Source of the DNA: Diadema antillarum
Taxonomy: Eukaryota
Assembly: GCF_040938485.1 (NCBI RefSeq)
Contig: NW_027270921.1
Coordinates: 186,001 to 250,000 of the forward strand
Direction: 5' to 3'
Length of the DNA: 64,000 nucleotides
Shown here: positions 12,401 through 26,300 of the stretch, in pieces
Layout: every line of letters begins with the position of its first letter
Position numbering within the stretch: position 1 is the stretch's first letter
Translations under genes and position numbers: made by a program
The notes under the pieces: generated by a model
Told to the model about the DNA's origin: nothing
Database searches by the model: none
What the model saw: only the letters and a program-made list of their open reading frames with translations

Positions 12401-14192
12401 GGTTGTGTGCATATAAATCTTATTCCTGAAGCGCCCTCCCTTTTCAGTAGTGGGTAGGCAGAGCATTATATGATGATCGACTGTGCCCTAGCAGTAGTAT
12501 AATTTCCTAACATGCTGCATGTGATGCACACGAGTGCTGAAGACCAATGGATACTGCTATGGCCTGATTTGTAATCAATTATAAAACATTACATAGCAAC
12601 CATGATCACACATGCTCTGTGAGTGCAAAACTGTTGGCATACTTTTTTTTTTGTTGCTAATATTTCGCATTTTCGTCGTTACCCACCTGAAATCTTGATA
12701 TCACAGCGTTATTTTATGCATTTCTTATGCATTTTTGTGTGTACATTTTAGAGTAAAACTCGACAGTTTCTGCAGGTTTATGAGAACTATATTTTCCCTT
12801 TCAGCAGCCCTGTATCGAACAGTAACAAAACGGGGGAAAAAAGGGTCTCTGGTGTACCAGATCAATCTTCACACAGTAACCCCAGTTGACAGTATTTGCT
12901 TTTAATCAAATAATCCAGCCTCCACGTTCACTTAATCTGAAAAAGCACTGATAGTGGACCATTATCCAGACTCGCCTAATTTTGGATGACGACAATCTTC
13001 TTAATGAAAACATGAAAGCAAGTATGGAGGTTTAGTCCTGCCCCATGTGTGAGAGTTTTTGGTTAAGAGCTTCCAGTGTCTCTACTGTTCAAAGGTTTGC
13101 TTCTTTAGTGATTGTGCTCTAGCAAGATCAAGACTCAAAAAAATGAGTGGAGGGAGGGGGGTTGATACTACTGATGCTCTAGCAAAGAGGGAGATTTATC
13201 CCTGTCCATGTTATTTGAGAACTTGAGGCCAGAGAGAAATTTCTCATTTGTCCTTGTTTTGTTGAATTCTTGCAAAAAGGGCAAGCTGTTGCTTTCTGGC
13301 AGGGAGCCTGCTATTTTGACATGGACAAAGTGGTATTCAGGTTTTCATACACAGAGCACACACTATGCCTACAACAAAGCAATGGGGGGTGGGATGCCCT
13401 TGAGTCCCTTTGTTTGTTTTCACTTAGTGCGCATTTTCTGCGGAAGGATTAGGATTAAACGAAGGATGTTGAAATCTTTGTTTGGCAGCTTTCCTCAAAA
13501 CCCCATGGACCCTGCTGGGTGGTGATCATCGACTCCCGGTGCCGGTCAACATCCCACATCCTCACTCTGCTGGTTTGTCTGCAGCGCTGCTTGGCAGCTC
13601 CTGCACGAGAGACCGATAGGATGAGGACTGATGGTTTCCATGGTAACACAGGTAGCCAGTCTTCTTTGAAGTAGAATCACACATCTTGTGTCCTCAAGCT
13701 TTTGTGGCTGCAGTCAACATCCACATCAAGGTACACTGGGTGGCCGGGTGGGGGTGGGTGTGGGTGTGGGTGTGGGTGTGGGTGTGGGGGGCAATTGATG
13801 CAAAAGACAACCTTGGCGGAAGTGAGAGAAAAAGAGGAGCGAAACAGATGGGCAAGGTTCAATCCTCAAACTCTGTCCTCCCCTTCTAAGATTCAATTGC
13901 AGAAGTTAGGCAGCTGCATCTCTACTTGACGCCCAGTACCCTTCGAAGAAACGTCGCTGCAGGACAACGCATCTCCTAAAATGCTCATCGAATGCAAATG
14001 ATGCAGGGGTGGTTTCGGACTCCAAGGAAGTTCCTCTTCCACAATTTCCACATAGCAATACAACATGAATTATTCTTTTTAAAAAATTGTTCACTTAAAA
14101 GAGTTCTGTCATCTTTTTCCTTTCTTTTTCTTTTTTAAGAGAATCCCTCGAGGGGTGAAGGGAGACCAATAGGTCTCCCCTGATCCACACTA

Positions 14193-14348
14193 TCATAAGA
14201 CAGACTCTGCGGAGCGGGAGAGATGTAGCGGGTGGGAGGGGCTGCGGTGGAGCCCCTTCTTCCTTGGCAGTCTCAGGATGGTCTTCTTGATCTGGGGAAA
14301 GGTGGGGCGGCTGTCTGGGCTGTAGGACCAGCACATCATCAGGATGTC
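14193..14348 (-). CDS. ksr: KSR last coding exon with a C-terminal 14-3-3 motif
   Basis: ctgcag|GAC; [51 protein letters not shown] then tandem stops TGA TAG; RSPSHP fits RSxSxP. Confidence 0.96.
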   Translation of the reverse strand, partial: DILMMCWSYSPDSRPTFPQIKKTILRLPRKKGLHRSPSHPLHLSRSAESVL

Positions 14349-17300
14349 CTGCAGAAAAGACACATACAAATGTGTAAAGTGAAAGTAAAGGGTTGCTCCT
14401 TCTCTCTCCGAAGTAATTAAAAATGTACTGGAACTTTGCAAGATTACCATATCAGAGTACAGTAAAACTAAGTCACTTTCTCCTGAACTTTGGTGCCTTT
14501 ACAAAATGTTTATTGCTTCTTTAGCTGCAGTATCAGTTATTTGACAGCAATAACAAAAAAAAAAAAAAAAAACCCAAAACAGTGAATTGGCTAATTACTT
14601 GCTGTCATAATTCAGTTTTGAGGTCAACGACATTATGTTGCTGATCGTCCCTCAACATTTGTCCAAAATGTTCGATTCTGCAGTAATTGTCCACCCTGAG
14701 GTAACTGTAATAAATGAATCAAATGTAAACAAAGTTACAGAATGTCACATAAGGCAACCTAGTCCTCTGTGTATGGTAGAACAGTTATCAATAAGTGCAC
14801 TAGAGAGCAAACTTAATCAATGATAATAATAATGGTAATGATAAAACTTAACCATCTATAGTGTCTTATGCTTTTCAGAGATGGGAACACCAAAAATCCT
14901 TGAGGCAGGTCTCTTGTGGCTAAAACAGAATCTGAATGGCTACATCAAAACACACAGTACACAGAAGACCAAGCTCATTCAGTTTCACAAACATTCTCAA
15001 GCTCTCTGAAACCTCTGCAGTATCAAAATGTAACTATTACTCTGTGAGACTCACACCAGCTTAATCTGTCTATCTCTGGGTCTATCTCAATGGTAGTAGC
15101 AAACATAAAGAGACATACTTTGACGTCCCTGGAATTCCAGCATAGTAAGCCATGACATACGCAAATGCTAATCGTGGTTAGTCTACTGTTTTGATGGCCC
15201 TTCCTCACACTAACACACAGAAATAGGATCAGAACCTTAGAGAAGCTGAAATTGCTGCTTGATATACCCAACATTTAATTACGCTAGGTTTGTGATTATC
15301 CTGTGAAATCTGTAACAATGTGACTACTACTCGGTGCAACTCATACCAGATTAACCTGTCTATCTCAATGTATATCTAAACAGTAATGGCAAGCGTAAAG
15401 AGACAACATACTTTGACGTCCCTGGAAGCCTGTAGATGACACAGCGGCTGCTTGACCCCCTTGCCAACCTGCCAGATGACCGTCTCGGCCGGCTGCTTGT
15501 GGAAAGGCCACTCACCGGCCAGTAGCTCGTACCACACCGTCCTACGGTCAGAAGAGAGCGAATGTCTTATATAAAATTTGGCCCGGCATTCATGAAAATA
15601 ACCCACACACTTTAACACTGGAGGTGAAGATGGAGGTTGGTTTACATAAATGAACATTCTCACTATTTTTAAAAAATTGTTCTGCCACAATTGGCATCAG
15701 AAATGTATGCATCAATGTATGGTCTACACTGCCTTCCAACACGGACAGGACATGTATGGCAACGCTAATTGTAGTTTCTCTACTATTTTGAAGGTCCTTC
15801 CTTTCACTTATACACAAAAATAGGCCGAGAGAAGCTTAAACTACCTGATGATGAATTAGTTAACAACACAGTTGACAGTGAGAAGCAAAGGCACACAACA
15901 CAAGGAAGGCCTTTCAACCAGACAAAGTAATCACAGGTAAGCAAAGAGGCTTAAAGGGAATTTCCATCCTGATATAACGTTGCTTGTATAAAGACAGACA
16001 AATCGGAGAGGTAATTTAGTGAAAATTTTGGGAATAAATTGGACATATACACAAAGATATGAATGACTAAAGTTTAGAGAGAAAGACAGATTGGCCACTC
16101 TGTGTGATCTAGGTGTTGAGCTCCTCTCCATTTGTTTTGTGCACAAAATTTCACTTATTTTCATTTTTGTCAGATATTTGGTCACAGCCTGAACTTATTT
16201 GCGGAAGATAACAGGTTAAAATGTATTTCTCTTATCATTCACCAAGAAAAGGTCTGGGGAAAATTTTCCTCTGAAGATAAATGAAAATCAGTGACATTTT
16301 GTGTCCAAACTGAGATGAGACCTGCTCAACACCTAGATCACGCAGAATTGCCAATTTTTCTTTCTCTCTTAACTTGAACAGTTCATAACATTTTTTGTAT
16401 GTCTGATTTTTTCGCCAATTTTTTACTGATCTACATACCTGATTTTTCTATTGTCATACAAAGCAACATACTATCATGATGGAATCTCCCTTTAATGAAA
16501 TGAAGATTAGTCTCTAGGTCATCTCACCCAAAGGCGTAGATGTCAGACTTCTCTGTGAAGGGAAGCTCCATGTCAGCGTTGCCGTCGTTGCTGATTCCCA
16601 GAGATGTGATGAGCTCCGGAGCGAGGTAACATAACCAGCCGTCTGGGATCAGTAGCGTGTCCTTTTGCCTGGGTGTGGGATTGCACGAGGCTTGGTTTTA
16701 ATCAGCAATATCGGTGATATATGATGCTTTCACCCCGCAATAGTGTTGACTTTTGTCAGTTAATACCATTCATGCCAAAGCCATCACAAGATGTCATGAG
16801 CTAACACATGGTAGGCTAAGACAAATGCATGCCAAAAGGCAATGCCACGATAATTTAAATGCAAAATCTGCTATGTGCATGCCTTCTCACTCTGACAACT
16901 TGCACCAAGGAAGTAACCACACTGTGCCAGCTCTACTTCAGAGCACACAGCAATGGACAAGGAAGTAACCACACTGTGCCAGCTCTACTTCAGAGCACAC
17001 AGTAATGGACAATCACTCCAGCAGCATGCAAAGACCCTATCCAGCGATTGCTGGCAATTGGAGACAGTTTAGTGGGACAACGACAGCCGTGCTATCCTTT
17101 GGGGAAATTAGAGATGTCACTATGGCGACTGGCATTTTAGCATTTGACCTTGAGCAAGTGTGCCCAAAAGTTGATAGGCACAGCTTTGTCCACTCATACA
17201 TACATATGCCAAGTTTCGTTTGGATACCTCAAATAGTTGGTAAGTTACGTCATCAATCAATTTTGAATACGGATGGACGGACAGAGGGACGGACGGACAG

Positions 17301-20300
17301 ACAGACAACCTGAAAACATAATGCCTTCAGCACCACTTCCTGGCTGAGGCATAAAAGAGCCCCCAAAACTCAATGACCTCACAGAGCTTGAGGAGGTCAA
17401 CTTACGTCTTCTGCTTGGACAGTCTGCCGATGCTGAAGAGAGCAAAGTCTGTGATGACTACCTTGCCGTTCTCGATGAAGATGTTCTTCGACTTCAGGTC
17501 CTTGTGAGTTATATGCTTAGCGTGGAGATACCCCATACCCTGTGGCACAGAGATGGGAGACAACACAATTGAAGTAATGACATTGGTTTGACTTGTCATG
17601 AGTTTAAAGGCAGAAGTTTGTCTTTAACACTGGTCTGAGTAATTGTCAAGCCCTCTCTCTTCGCTCTCCTTACTCTCGCTTCTGGTTCACAGTCCTTTTC
17701 AGGACTCTCACATTTTCAAGAAAGAATACTTCTACTCTAACTCACTCTCTTTCTCGCTTCTCCCTCATCAATTATCTACTATCTCCTCTCCTTCCAACAG
17801 TCCTTTTCAGGACTACCAAATGGTGAACTGCAAACCAAATATCTATTATCGACACCACCATGCAAACATCCTTCTTCAAAGATCACCTGAGTAATTGTTG
17901 TTTTGAATTACTGGTCATGCAATCCTTATTCATTTGACATTGCATGAAACAGTAGATATTAAACAATAAGACTTTAATAATAAAGACTATGACCATTGCT
18001 AGGTTGTGTTTGGCTGAAGTACTTTTGTCACGACAGATTCTTGGTCACTCTTCATATCTATATCAGTATGGGACCATCAAACTTCAGCCCACTCATATTT
18101 TCAGTCATGGCAATACCTTCTGGTTCTTTCAATAGTCAAAGGTACAGTACTTGATATAAGAATACATACATCCAGTATGCAGACATTGATTGGTTGATTG
18201 ACTGATGACTGGATGTAGAGTCATCCAACCAGCTACACCTATGCACTGAAACATTTGCTGTCCCTGTCTGCTGCAAGTTGATTATCACATCACTGAACAC
18301 ACACATATCTTCTTCTTTTTTTTTTTCATTATTTTTCGCTCAAAAGCATCAGCAGCCCCAATGATAAAGGCATACAGTGCCTGTAAATGTCCCAACAAAG
18401 TCTTGTGGTACGGAATATTTATAGAGAAAAGGATGAATGAGGAACTCCTTGGGTCTTACCTGAGCTATTTGCGTCGCTATCTGTATTGTTCGGTTAATGT
18501 TGAAGCGGTCTTTCCGCAAGTGTATATGCGTGTACAGCGTCTGTCCTTTGCAAAGACTGAGAGCAAACAAACAAACAAACAAGCAAAAAAATGAAACAAA
18601 ACAATAGAATACAGAGTATGATGCATGATTGTATGCAAAACATGACTGGGTCATTGGTGGGTAATAAGAGAAAAAACAAATCTGAAAAAAAAAAGAAGAA
18701 GAAAAGTCCAAAATTTCTGTGCTATCTTTATCATTCCCTCACCACGCATCTTGCCCACACAGGATATAATTGAAGTGATAGTTCAAGAAATAATGAGACT
18801 TCCAAAGAACTCTCATTAAAAAAACAAGAACAAACAAAGAAAAGAGAAAGAAGCTGAATGCTACAGCTTGCAGGAGTTAGGGAGAGCCAGGAAAAGAAAG
18901 GAAACCAAAGAGGAAGAGATACAAGGCAGAGGAGGAAGACAAGGAAAAGGCAAAGTAGGAAGTTGTTCATGGCCAGAGATGACTCGAGAGATACCGAACA
19001 CTGCAGAGAAGATATTGAGAAACTTGAGATTTGAAAGTGTGTTAATGTTTCATGTTCACATTGACTGGACTTGCTTCGAAACATAAAACAGAATGGCAGA
19101 GGAAGGGAACAAAATCACACCACAAACAACAAAGTTATGAAGTCTTAAATGCTTTACATTATTTTACAAAACAGTGATATTAGCTGGAATCCCATCTCAA
19201 AATCAAATGACACAGTGACATCATAGCCTCAACAAGTCTCCAACTGACCAACAAACTAATCTGAATCAAATCTCCCTCCTTTTTTTTTTTGTGGGGGGGG
19301 GGGGGGAGGGACAAGAAATGAAAAAAGAAAATCTGACATCCTTCACATCGATTGTTTGCTGTGTTGCAATAGTCTAGCAATGATGCCTTTTTAAGGGGGA
19401 AGATTTGTAGCTGCAAAGGCCTGTACTAAAAACATGATTTTTGCGATTTTTAAAATTTGTGTGAGTGTGAGCATTAATGAATGGGAAAGTGGAGAGTTGA
19501 TTTAAAGGCGGCTTGATGATATCAACTTAGATAATTTGCACTAAAGTTACCTTGAGCCTGGTGTGAAATTGTACTTTAGAAGGACAGAGTTGCATTGAAG
19601 AGAAGCTAATCCTCTGCCATTCACTCCTTTAAGGGACAACTCCCTCAGAAAAAAAAAAATGATGAACTATAAGAGAGAGAGACCATTTTCTTTTCTTTTT
19701 CATTCATATTTTCATTCCCCCTGAGAGTTGTGAGCTCTTGCCTCCTTTTGATGGAGCAGAATACACTTTGACGTCTCATGGTNNNNNNNNNNNNNNNNNN
19801 NNNNNNNNNNNNNNNNNNNNNNNNNNNNNNNNNNNNNNNNNNNNNNNNNNNNNNNNNNNNNNNNNNNNNNNNNNNNNNNNNNNNNNNNNNNNNNNNNNNN
19901 NNNNNNNNNNNNNNNNNNNNNNNNNNNNNNNNNNNNNNNNNNNNNNNNNNNNNNNNNNNNNNNNNNNNNNNNNNNNNNNNNNNNNNNNNNNNNNNNNNNN
20001 NNNNNNNNNNNNNNNNNNNNNNNNNNNNNNNNNNNNNNNNNNNNNNNNNNNNNNNNNNNNNNNNNNNNNNNNNACAATGGCAAGATGAGGCGGTCTCATA
20101 CAGGCTCCCATAAACAGCACCACAAAGTCGTGCCTCGTTTTCCTGAATATTGAAACCTGCAGCAGTTTCCAAGAGGGATGACAACATCAGCTTAGGTGGA
20201 TGACGTAAGTCAGATAAAGCATTACTCGTCTCTTTTGACTACATGCTTTACTCTAGCAAAGGCAGACATTCATACTACTGCTATGACAAGCCCATATTAC

Positions 20301-23300
20301 AGAAGGTGTCAAACTTTGAACAATGTTGTAGCAATCTACAATATCAACATGACAACTTACATGAATATCATAGACTGTAAGACATAATAATCTGCAACAT
20401 TGAACTAAATACAAAAATCTTTGCAATTTGTATCTCCTACGAGCACAAACACAAAAAATTACTCTCATGATGGTTAGCTTAAGTGGGGGAAAAAAAACCC
20501 TCATTTCACAACCTGCCTGACCATTCTGTCAAATATTACTGCTTGGCAAACACTGGGCACTATAATCTAAATTCACATATATTGTATGTAAGGTTTAGGG
20601 TAGTGCAGCCAATATGCAGTCTAATGCCAATACCGCCATTGCTTACTACTAAGCAATATATGAACCCCTGAGGTTTGACGAGAAATACAAAATTTGTAAA
20701 CCCTACATGCGCAAAGTAATGAAAAGAATGTCCTGCCTGTCTTAGCATATTTTCACTGAAATGCTTTTAACCTTTGTTCTCTACATTGTTTCATGTAATT
20801 GACTGAAAAAAAAGGCATATAAATGTACACCCCACCAAAACAACAATCAAACATACAGTGTATATAAAAAGATGACATAACAGAACAGATCATTTTGTGA
20901 AAATATTTAGGGCATCTCTTTCAACTCCCGAAGAGTAAATCAATGGCAGCATTCGCCAGTTTTCTGTCTATCGTCATGGCAACCACTCTTGCCCTCCTCC
21001 ATTCTCACCTCTCGTTTGAACGCCTGTAGCTGCTCCTCATCGTCGGTGTCAATATCGATCATTTTGATTGCAACGTCCCCGTGCCATTTACCCCTGTATC
21101 CATGGCAATAAAAACCATACATAGTAAACAAACATTCATAGATGACCAAAATCAAAATCAATACTGCTAATATCATATCAAGGCAGCTGGTGTAATCAGA
21201 GGTTTACTCTTTCAAGCATTTGCACACTGGTATTTTGATTGTTTACCTTACACTTTCTTATACCCTTCAAGCATTACACATTGTTCGACATTTTGTGTGC
21301 ACTACTGTATACGCCATATATTTCGCGAGTCTAAATTTTCGCGAATAGGGAATTCCTGATGATTTTGCGAGTGGTTTAATTCGCGATCATGGAGTCCTGT
21401 ACAGAACGGAGAAGTGTACACGCGTACGTCACATTCACATCAGGATCAGAGTCACTATTTTCGCGTGTCTTTAATTTCTCGAATAGCACCCGACTCGTGA
21501 AATTTGCAAAAAAAAAAAAAACTCACGAAATATTCGGCATATACAGTATGCCATTTGTCGAATACAGATTCAAATGCTGCTCTTTCTGCCTCTACGACAT
21601 TCAGAAGGAATAAACAGACGAATCCTAGCTTGGGGTGGCCTAGCATCTCCAGAAGGGAGAACAAAAAGAGGAGCAGCAAAAGTTTGCTATCAAGGAACGT
21701 AACTTTTCATATACTACACCCCAACTCTGAAATCTATGTGAAAGGACTATAATCACAATACATAAAAACCATTCAGGACACATTCCATCAGATTTGCCAT
21801 TCATGCTATGGTTGACTCAAATTGAACTGAATTGAATTGAATCAATAACTGGGCTCCACTGTGTAAGATTGCATTAACTTTAAACTGATGGTAACTCTGC
21901 AATCAATGGTAACTACCACAGCAGCAACACTATTCCATTGTCAATCGAAACATAGAAATTACCGATGGTTACCATTAATTGTAAAGTTACCATAGTCTTA
22001 TGCAAGTGGGCCCTGGGTATCATTCTTCCCCCTCCTTTCATTCAAAACATGGCTGCCTTCCATCTCATGGAAGCATTTTACTACAACCTACACAGCAACA
22101 TCCAATATCCAATATCCAATATCCAATATCCAATATCCAATATCCAATATCCAACATCCAACATCCTACAATGTATATCCAATATCCAATATCCAATATC
22201 CTACATCCCTTATCCAATATCCAATATCCACGCTTCACATGGATTTTGTTGACTGATAATGTTGTATGAGGCAGCTTAAAGACATTACCCCTCTCGCCGC
22301 ACCAGCCTTCAGAATTACAATCTTTGAATATAGACCCCTGATATCAAAGCCAAGTACCCTGAACTCACTTGTGCACTGATCCAAACCGACCTGTCCCTAT
22401 TAGGTCCAGGATTACCAGCTGCTCAAATGGAATGTCCCACTCTGATAACAATTTTTGCTGAAAATGGTAAAGGAAAAAGANNNNNNNNNNNNNNNNNNNN
22501 NNNNNNNNNNNNNNNNNNNNNNNNNNNNNNNNNNNNNNNNNNNNNNNNNNNNNNNNNNNNNNNNNNNNNNNNNNNNNNNNNNNNNNNNNNNNNNNNNNNN
22601 NNNNNNNNNNNNNACAACAACAACAACATAGGTAAAGAGTTCTCTAAACACATCCAAAAGTTGTATTTACCTGTGACAGTTTCAACGACGGGCTGTCATC
22701 TTTTTCAAACGATGGCTAATTGGATTGGATTAAAAGAACCCCACAACATGAACGGGGATGGGGGTGCATACCAACTGTCTGATATTTACGATGGCGCTAT
22801 CACTCGGATGTCACACCTGGGTGATTGCTGATTGGAGCCAAATCATCAATTGCCAATTAGCCATTGTTTGAAAAAGATGACAGCTCGTCGTCGAAACTGT
22901 CACAGGTAAACACAAGTTTTGGGTGTGTTTAGAGAACTCTTTACCTATGTTTATCAGCCATCCTTAAAAACTTATTTCTCAATTAATAACAACAACAGTA
23001 ATATGTACATATCCCCGATCAAGAAAGACTTTGGGTTCTTTTAAACAGCCTAGGTCTCTAATGACTTTTCAACAGATATAGAAAAGAGATCCTTCTTATA
23101 AGACATATAAAATAGAAGTGCAAAAAACAAAGAAAAGGAAAGCATTGATCTGATTGAATTGTTTTGAATTATGGTTTATTTTATGAAGCTTCTATGAAGG
23201 AAAACACACATTGCCATTCTCTCATCCACAGGACTTCCATATCGTGTCCTATCAGAGGGACAGCATGTTTTGCCCCAGAATAGTGAGGACAGTATGATAA

Positions 23301-26300
23301 CAACCTGACATGGCTCAGCTGGCTTAAAGAGGAAATCCAGTTCAATATTAGTTCGTCTGATCAAAAAAGAGTAACATTTTACGAGTTCAATGGTAAAAAT
23401 TTGACTGAAATCGGATGAAAAATAGGGAAGTTATGAAATTTTGAAGATTTGATAATTTCTCCAAAACAGTTCTTGTACAGTGGGTATGAATGTGCAAATG
23501 AGTGAGCTAACCATGTCATACCCTCACAATTTTCCATTGATCGTGTACAAAAAAATGATGAAAATTCAATGTTTCTGTCATTGACGTCTGAAACATGACA
23601 TTATTCCTAGTTGAATAACTTCAGAATAGTGATCAGTTAGATATACCAAGTTTTGAGCCTTGGGCATAATTGCATTTGAATGAAAAACTGAAAATTTCAA
23701 AATTTTATGTACAAACAATATGGTAAGTTGTGAGGGAATGACATGCTCACTTTGCCATTTGCAATATTCATATTGACTGTTCAAGAACTGTTTCCCCCCA
23801 AAATAGCAAAACTTCAAAATGTCGCAACTTCCTTATTTTTCATCCGATTTCGAATGAAATTTATACCGTTGAACTCGTAATTTTTTACTTGTTCTTATCA
23901 GATTAACTTATATTTGGACTGGATTTCCCCCTTAACCGGGCCTCGAATCTGGGACCCTCTTGATTGACATGTCAAAGACAGGCTGGGCAATCTCACTGCC
24001 CACTGAGGCTGAACGGGAAGCCCCCATCTCTCACACCACGAGATGGTCTGTGCACTGTATGAGAGTCACGGTGCAGAATGCAATCCCACAACTCAGAAGC
24101 ACATGTGAGTTACTTACACTATATTTTCTTGTTGCTACTGTACTCGGCTCCGGGTCGGAGACCTCATCAACAGGCTCTACCTGCTCTGGCAGTGTCCGCT
24201 CTGAGTCTGTAAATGGCTGTAGTGATAAAATGAAAGAAGATTTAACACTTATAGGCATAATTTACCATTTGCAGATGAAACAAAAACCCAGCATTAATGC
24301 TTCAAAATGTGAGTTAGAGATAGAAACAACCAATATAAAAATTTCAACCAGTATAATCGATGTTAAGTATCATTGAATATACAAAATGTGAACAAAAGTT
24401 ATAATAAAAATGTTTCCTGACTAAACCGTCTACAGTTATGGTTTAATGAGAAAAATAGTGATATCTCCTTATAATTTAGGCTATATTGCAAAAATTTCAT
24501 ATGGTGGGGTGTTTTGTGATGCAACTGACCTACACATATGCATCAAAAGTGATATCTTAAACATTTTTTAAATCACTGCTCCCAATGGTAAACAAGACCT
24601 TTAACATACTAATACACAAACAAAAGTACACATACTTTTAGGTGCACCCAACACATATAACATGTAGTCAAGGACAGTAATCCATCAATACTTTGAGATG
24701 AAAAATGTGAAGTACTGTTGCAATTTGCTTTGCACTTATACACCATATTTGTTTGATTGCAATTTCTTTGTATGAGATACTATTCATACAATATTCTTGA
24801 TTTCACATGTTTGATCTGACATTTCACTGGTATTACTAATACAATTGGGGAAAATCATCATTTTAGAATGCTGGAGACCAATGGATACAATTAAAGACCA
24901 CTGGAGACCACTGGAGATCACTAGAGACTACTGAAGACCAATGGAGACCGCTAGAGACCAATGGAGACCACTACAGATGACTTGAGACCACTGGAGACCA
25001 CTACAAACCACTTCAGACCACTGGAGACCACTAAAGACCACTGGAGATGGCTAGACACTACTAGACACCACTGGAGACCACCAGAGACTTCTTGAGACCA
25101 CTAGAGACTCCTGGAGACCACTGAAGACCTTGGATACCACTAGAGACCACTACAGATCAATGGAAACCACTGGAGATCACTTTACACCAATAAAGACCAC
25201 TACAGAGCACTACAGACCAATAAAGACCAATAGAGAAGACTGCTGGAGACCAATGGAGACCACTTCAGACCAATGGGGACCACTGGAGACCACTACAGAC
25301 CAGTGGAGACCACTGGAAATCACTTCAATTAAGTAGAAACCAATAGGGACTACTAGAGACCACTGGAGACTCACCACTGGAGACTACTGGAGACCAATGG
25401 ATACCACTAAAATCCACTGGAGACCACTGGAGATGACTAGAGGCAACTGGAGACCAATGGAGACTACAAGAGACAATTGGGACTGCTGAAGACCATGACA
25501 GACCACTGGAGACCAATAGAGACTCATAGAAGTCACTTGGAGACCACTGGGGATGGCCGGAGACCACTGGAGACCAATGGACACTACTAGAGACCACTAA
25601 AGACCGCTGGACACCCTGAGGGACCACTGGAAACTACTGGAGACCACTGGACACCAATGGTTTCTCATTAAAATCACTGTAAAATAGCAAACATCAATCT
25701 TTGATGGTCCAAACCTGTCAACAGCAGCCACCCAAGGGAGACGAAAAAGTTGCCGTTTCAGACATGTGGCCACTATAGACAGGTTCTTTGACATGGCTTT
25801 TCTCTGGGGGGGGGGGGGGGGCATTGTTTTCAGTGGCCGTATGGATATGGCAGGTGGCTGCTATAGATAGGTGGTCGCTAAGGCAGGTTTGACTGTATAC
25901 TTTTTGAACATGTAGGGTGGATACTCACATCATGATTATCATGGGAGTCGATGGTGATGGTGCGATCACTGCTGGTAGATCTGACATTCTCACTGCAGGG
26001 TAGAAACAAAGCAAAAATTAGAGTTTGCTTTGGATTACCGTCATGTTCATTCATACATGTACAAGTTTTCAATTCAATTCAATAGCTTATTTATTTCCAT
26101 CCAAGAAGAAAAAAGAAAACATGATTCAAAGCGATACAAGCTGTCAATTTGACTTTCATTCATCTGATAAGTTTTAAAGTTTATTCCATTCCTTAGCTGC
26201 TGGTCAAAATCAACATTTGAATTTGAGGGCTGCATGCATACTACAGTTAAACATTAACAAGTATAGGTTCTACCCTTTACAGTATTTGCAGTTTTACAGC

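Noticed and set aside
14187-14198. Stop-codon read-through of KSR
   Set aside because: TGA is followed by T rather than the leaky C context, and immediately by an in-frame TAG.
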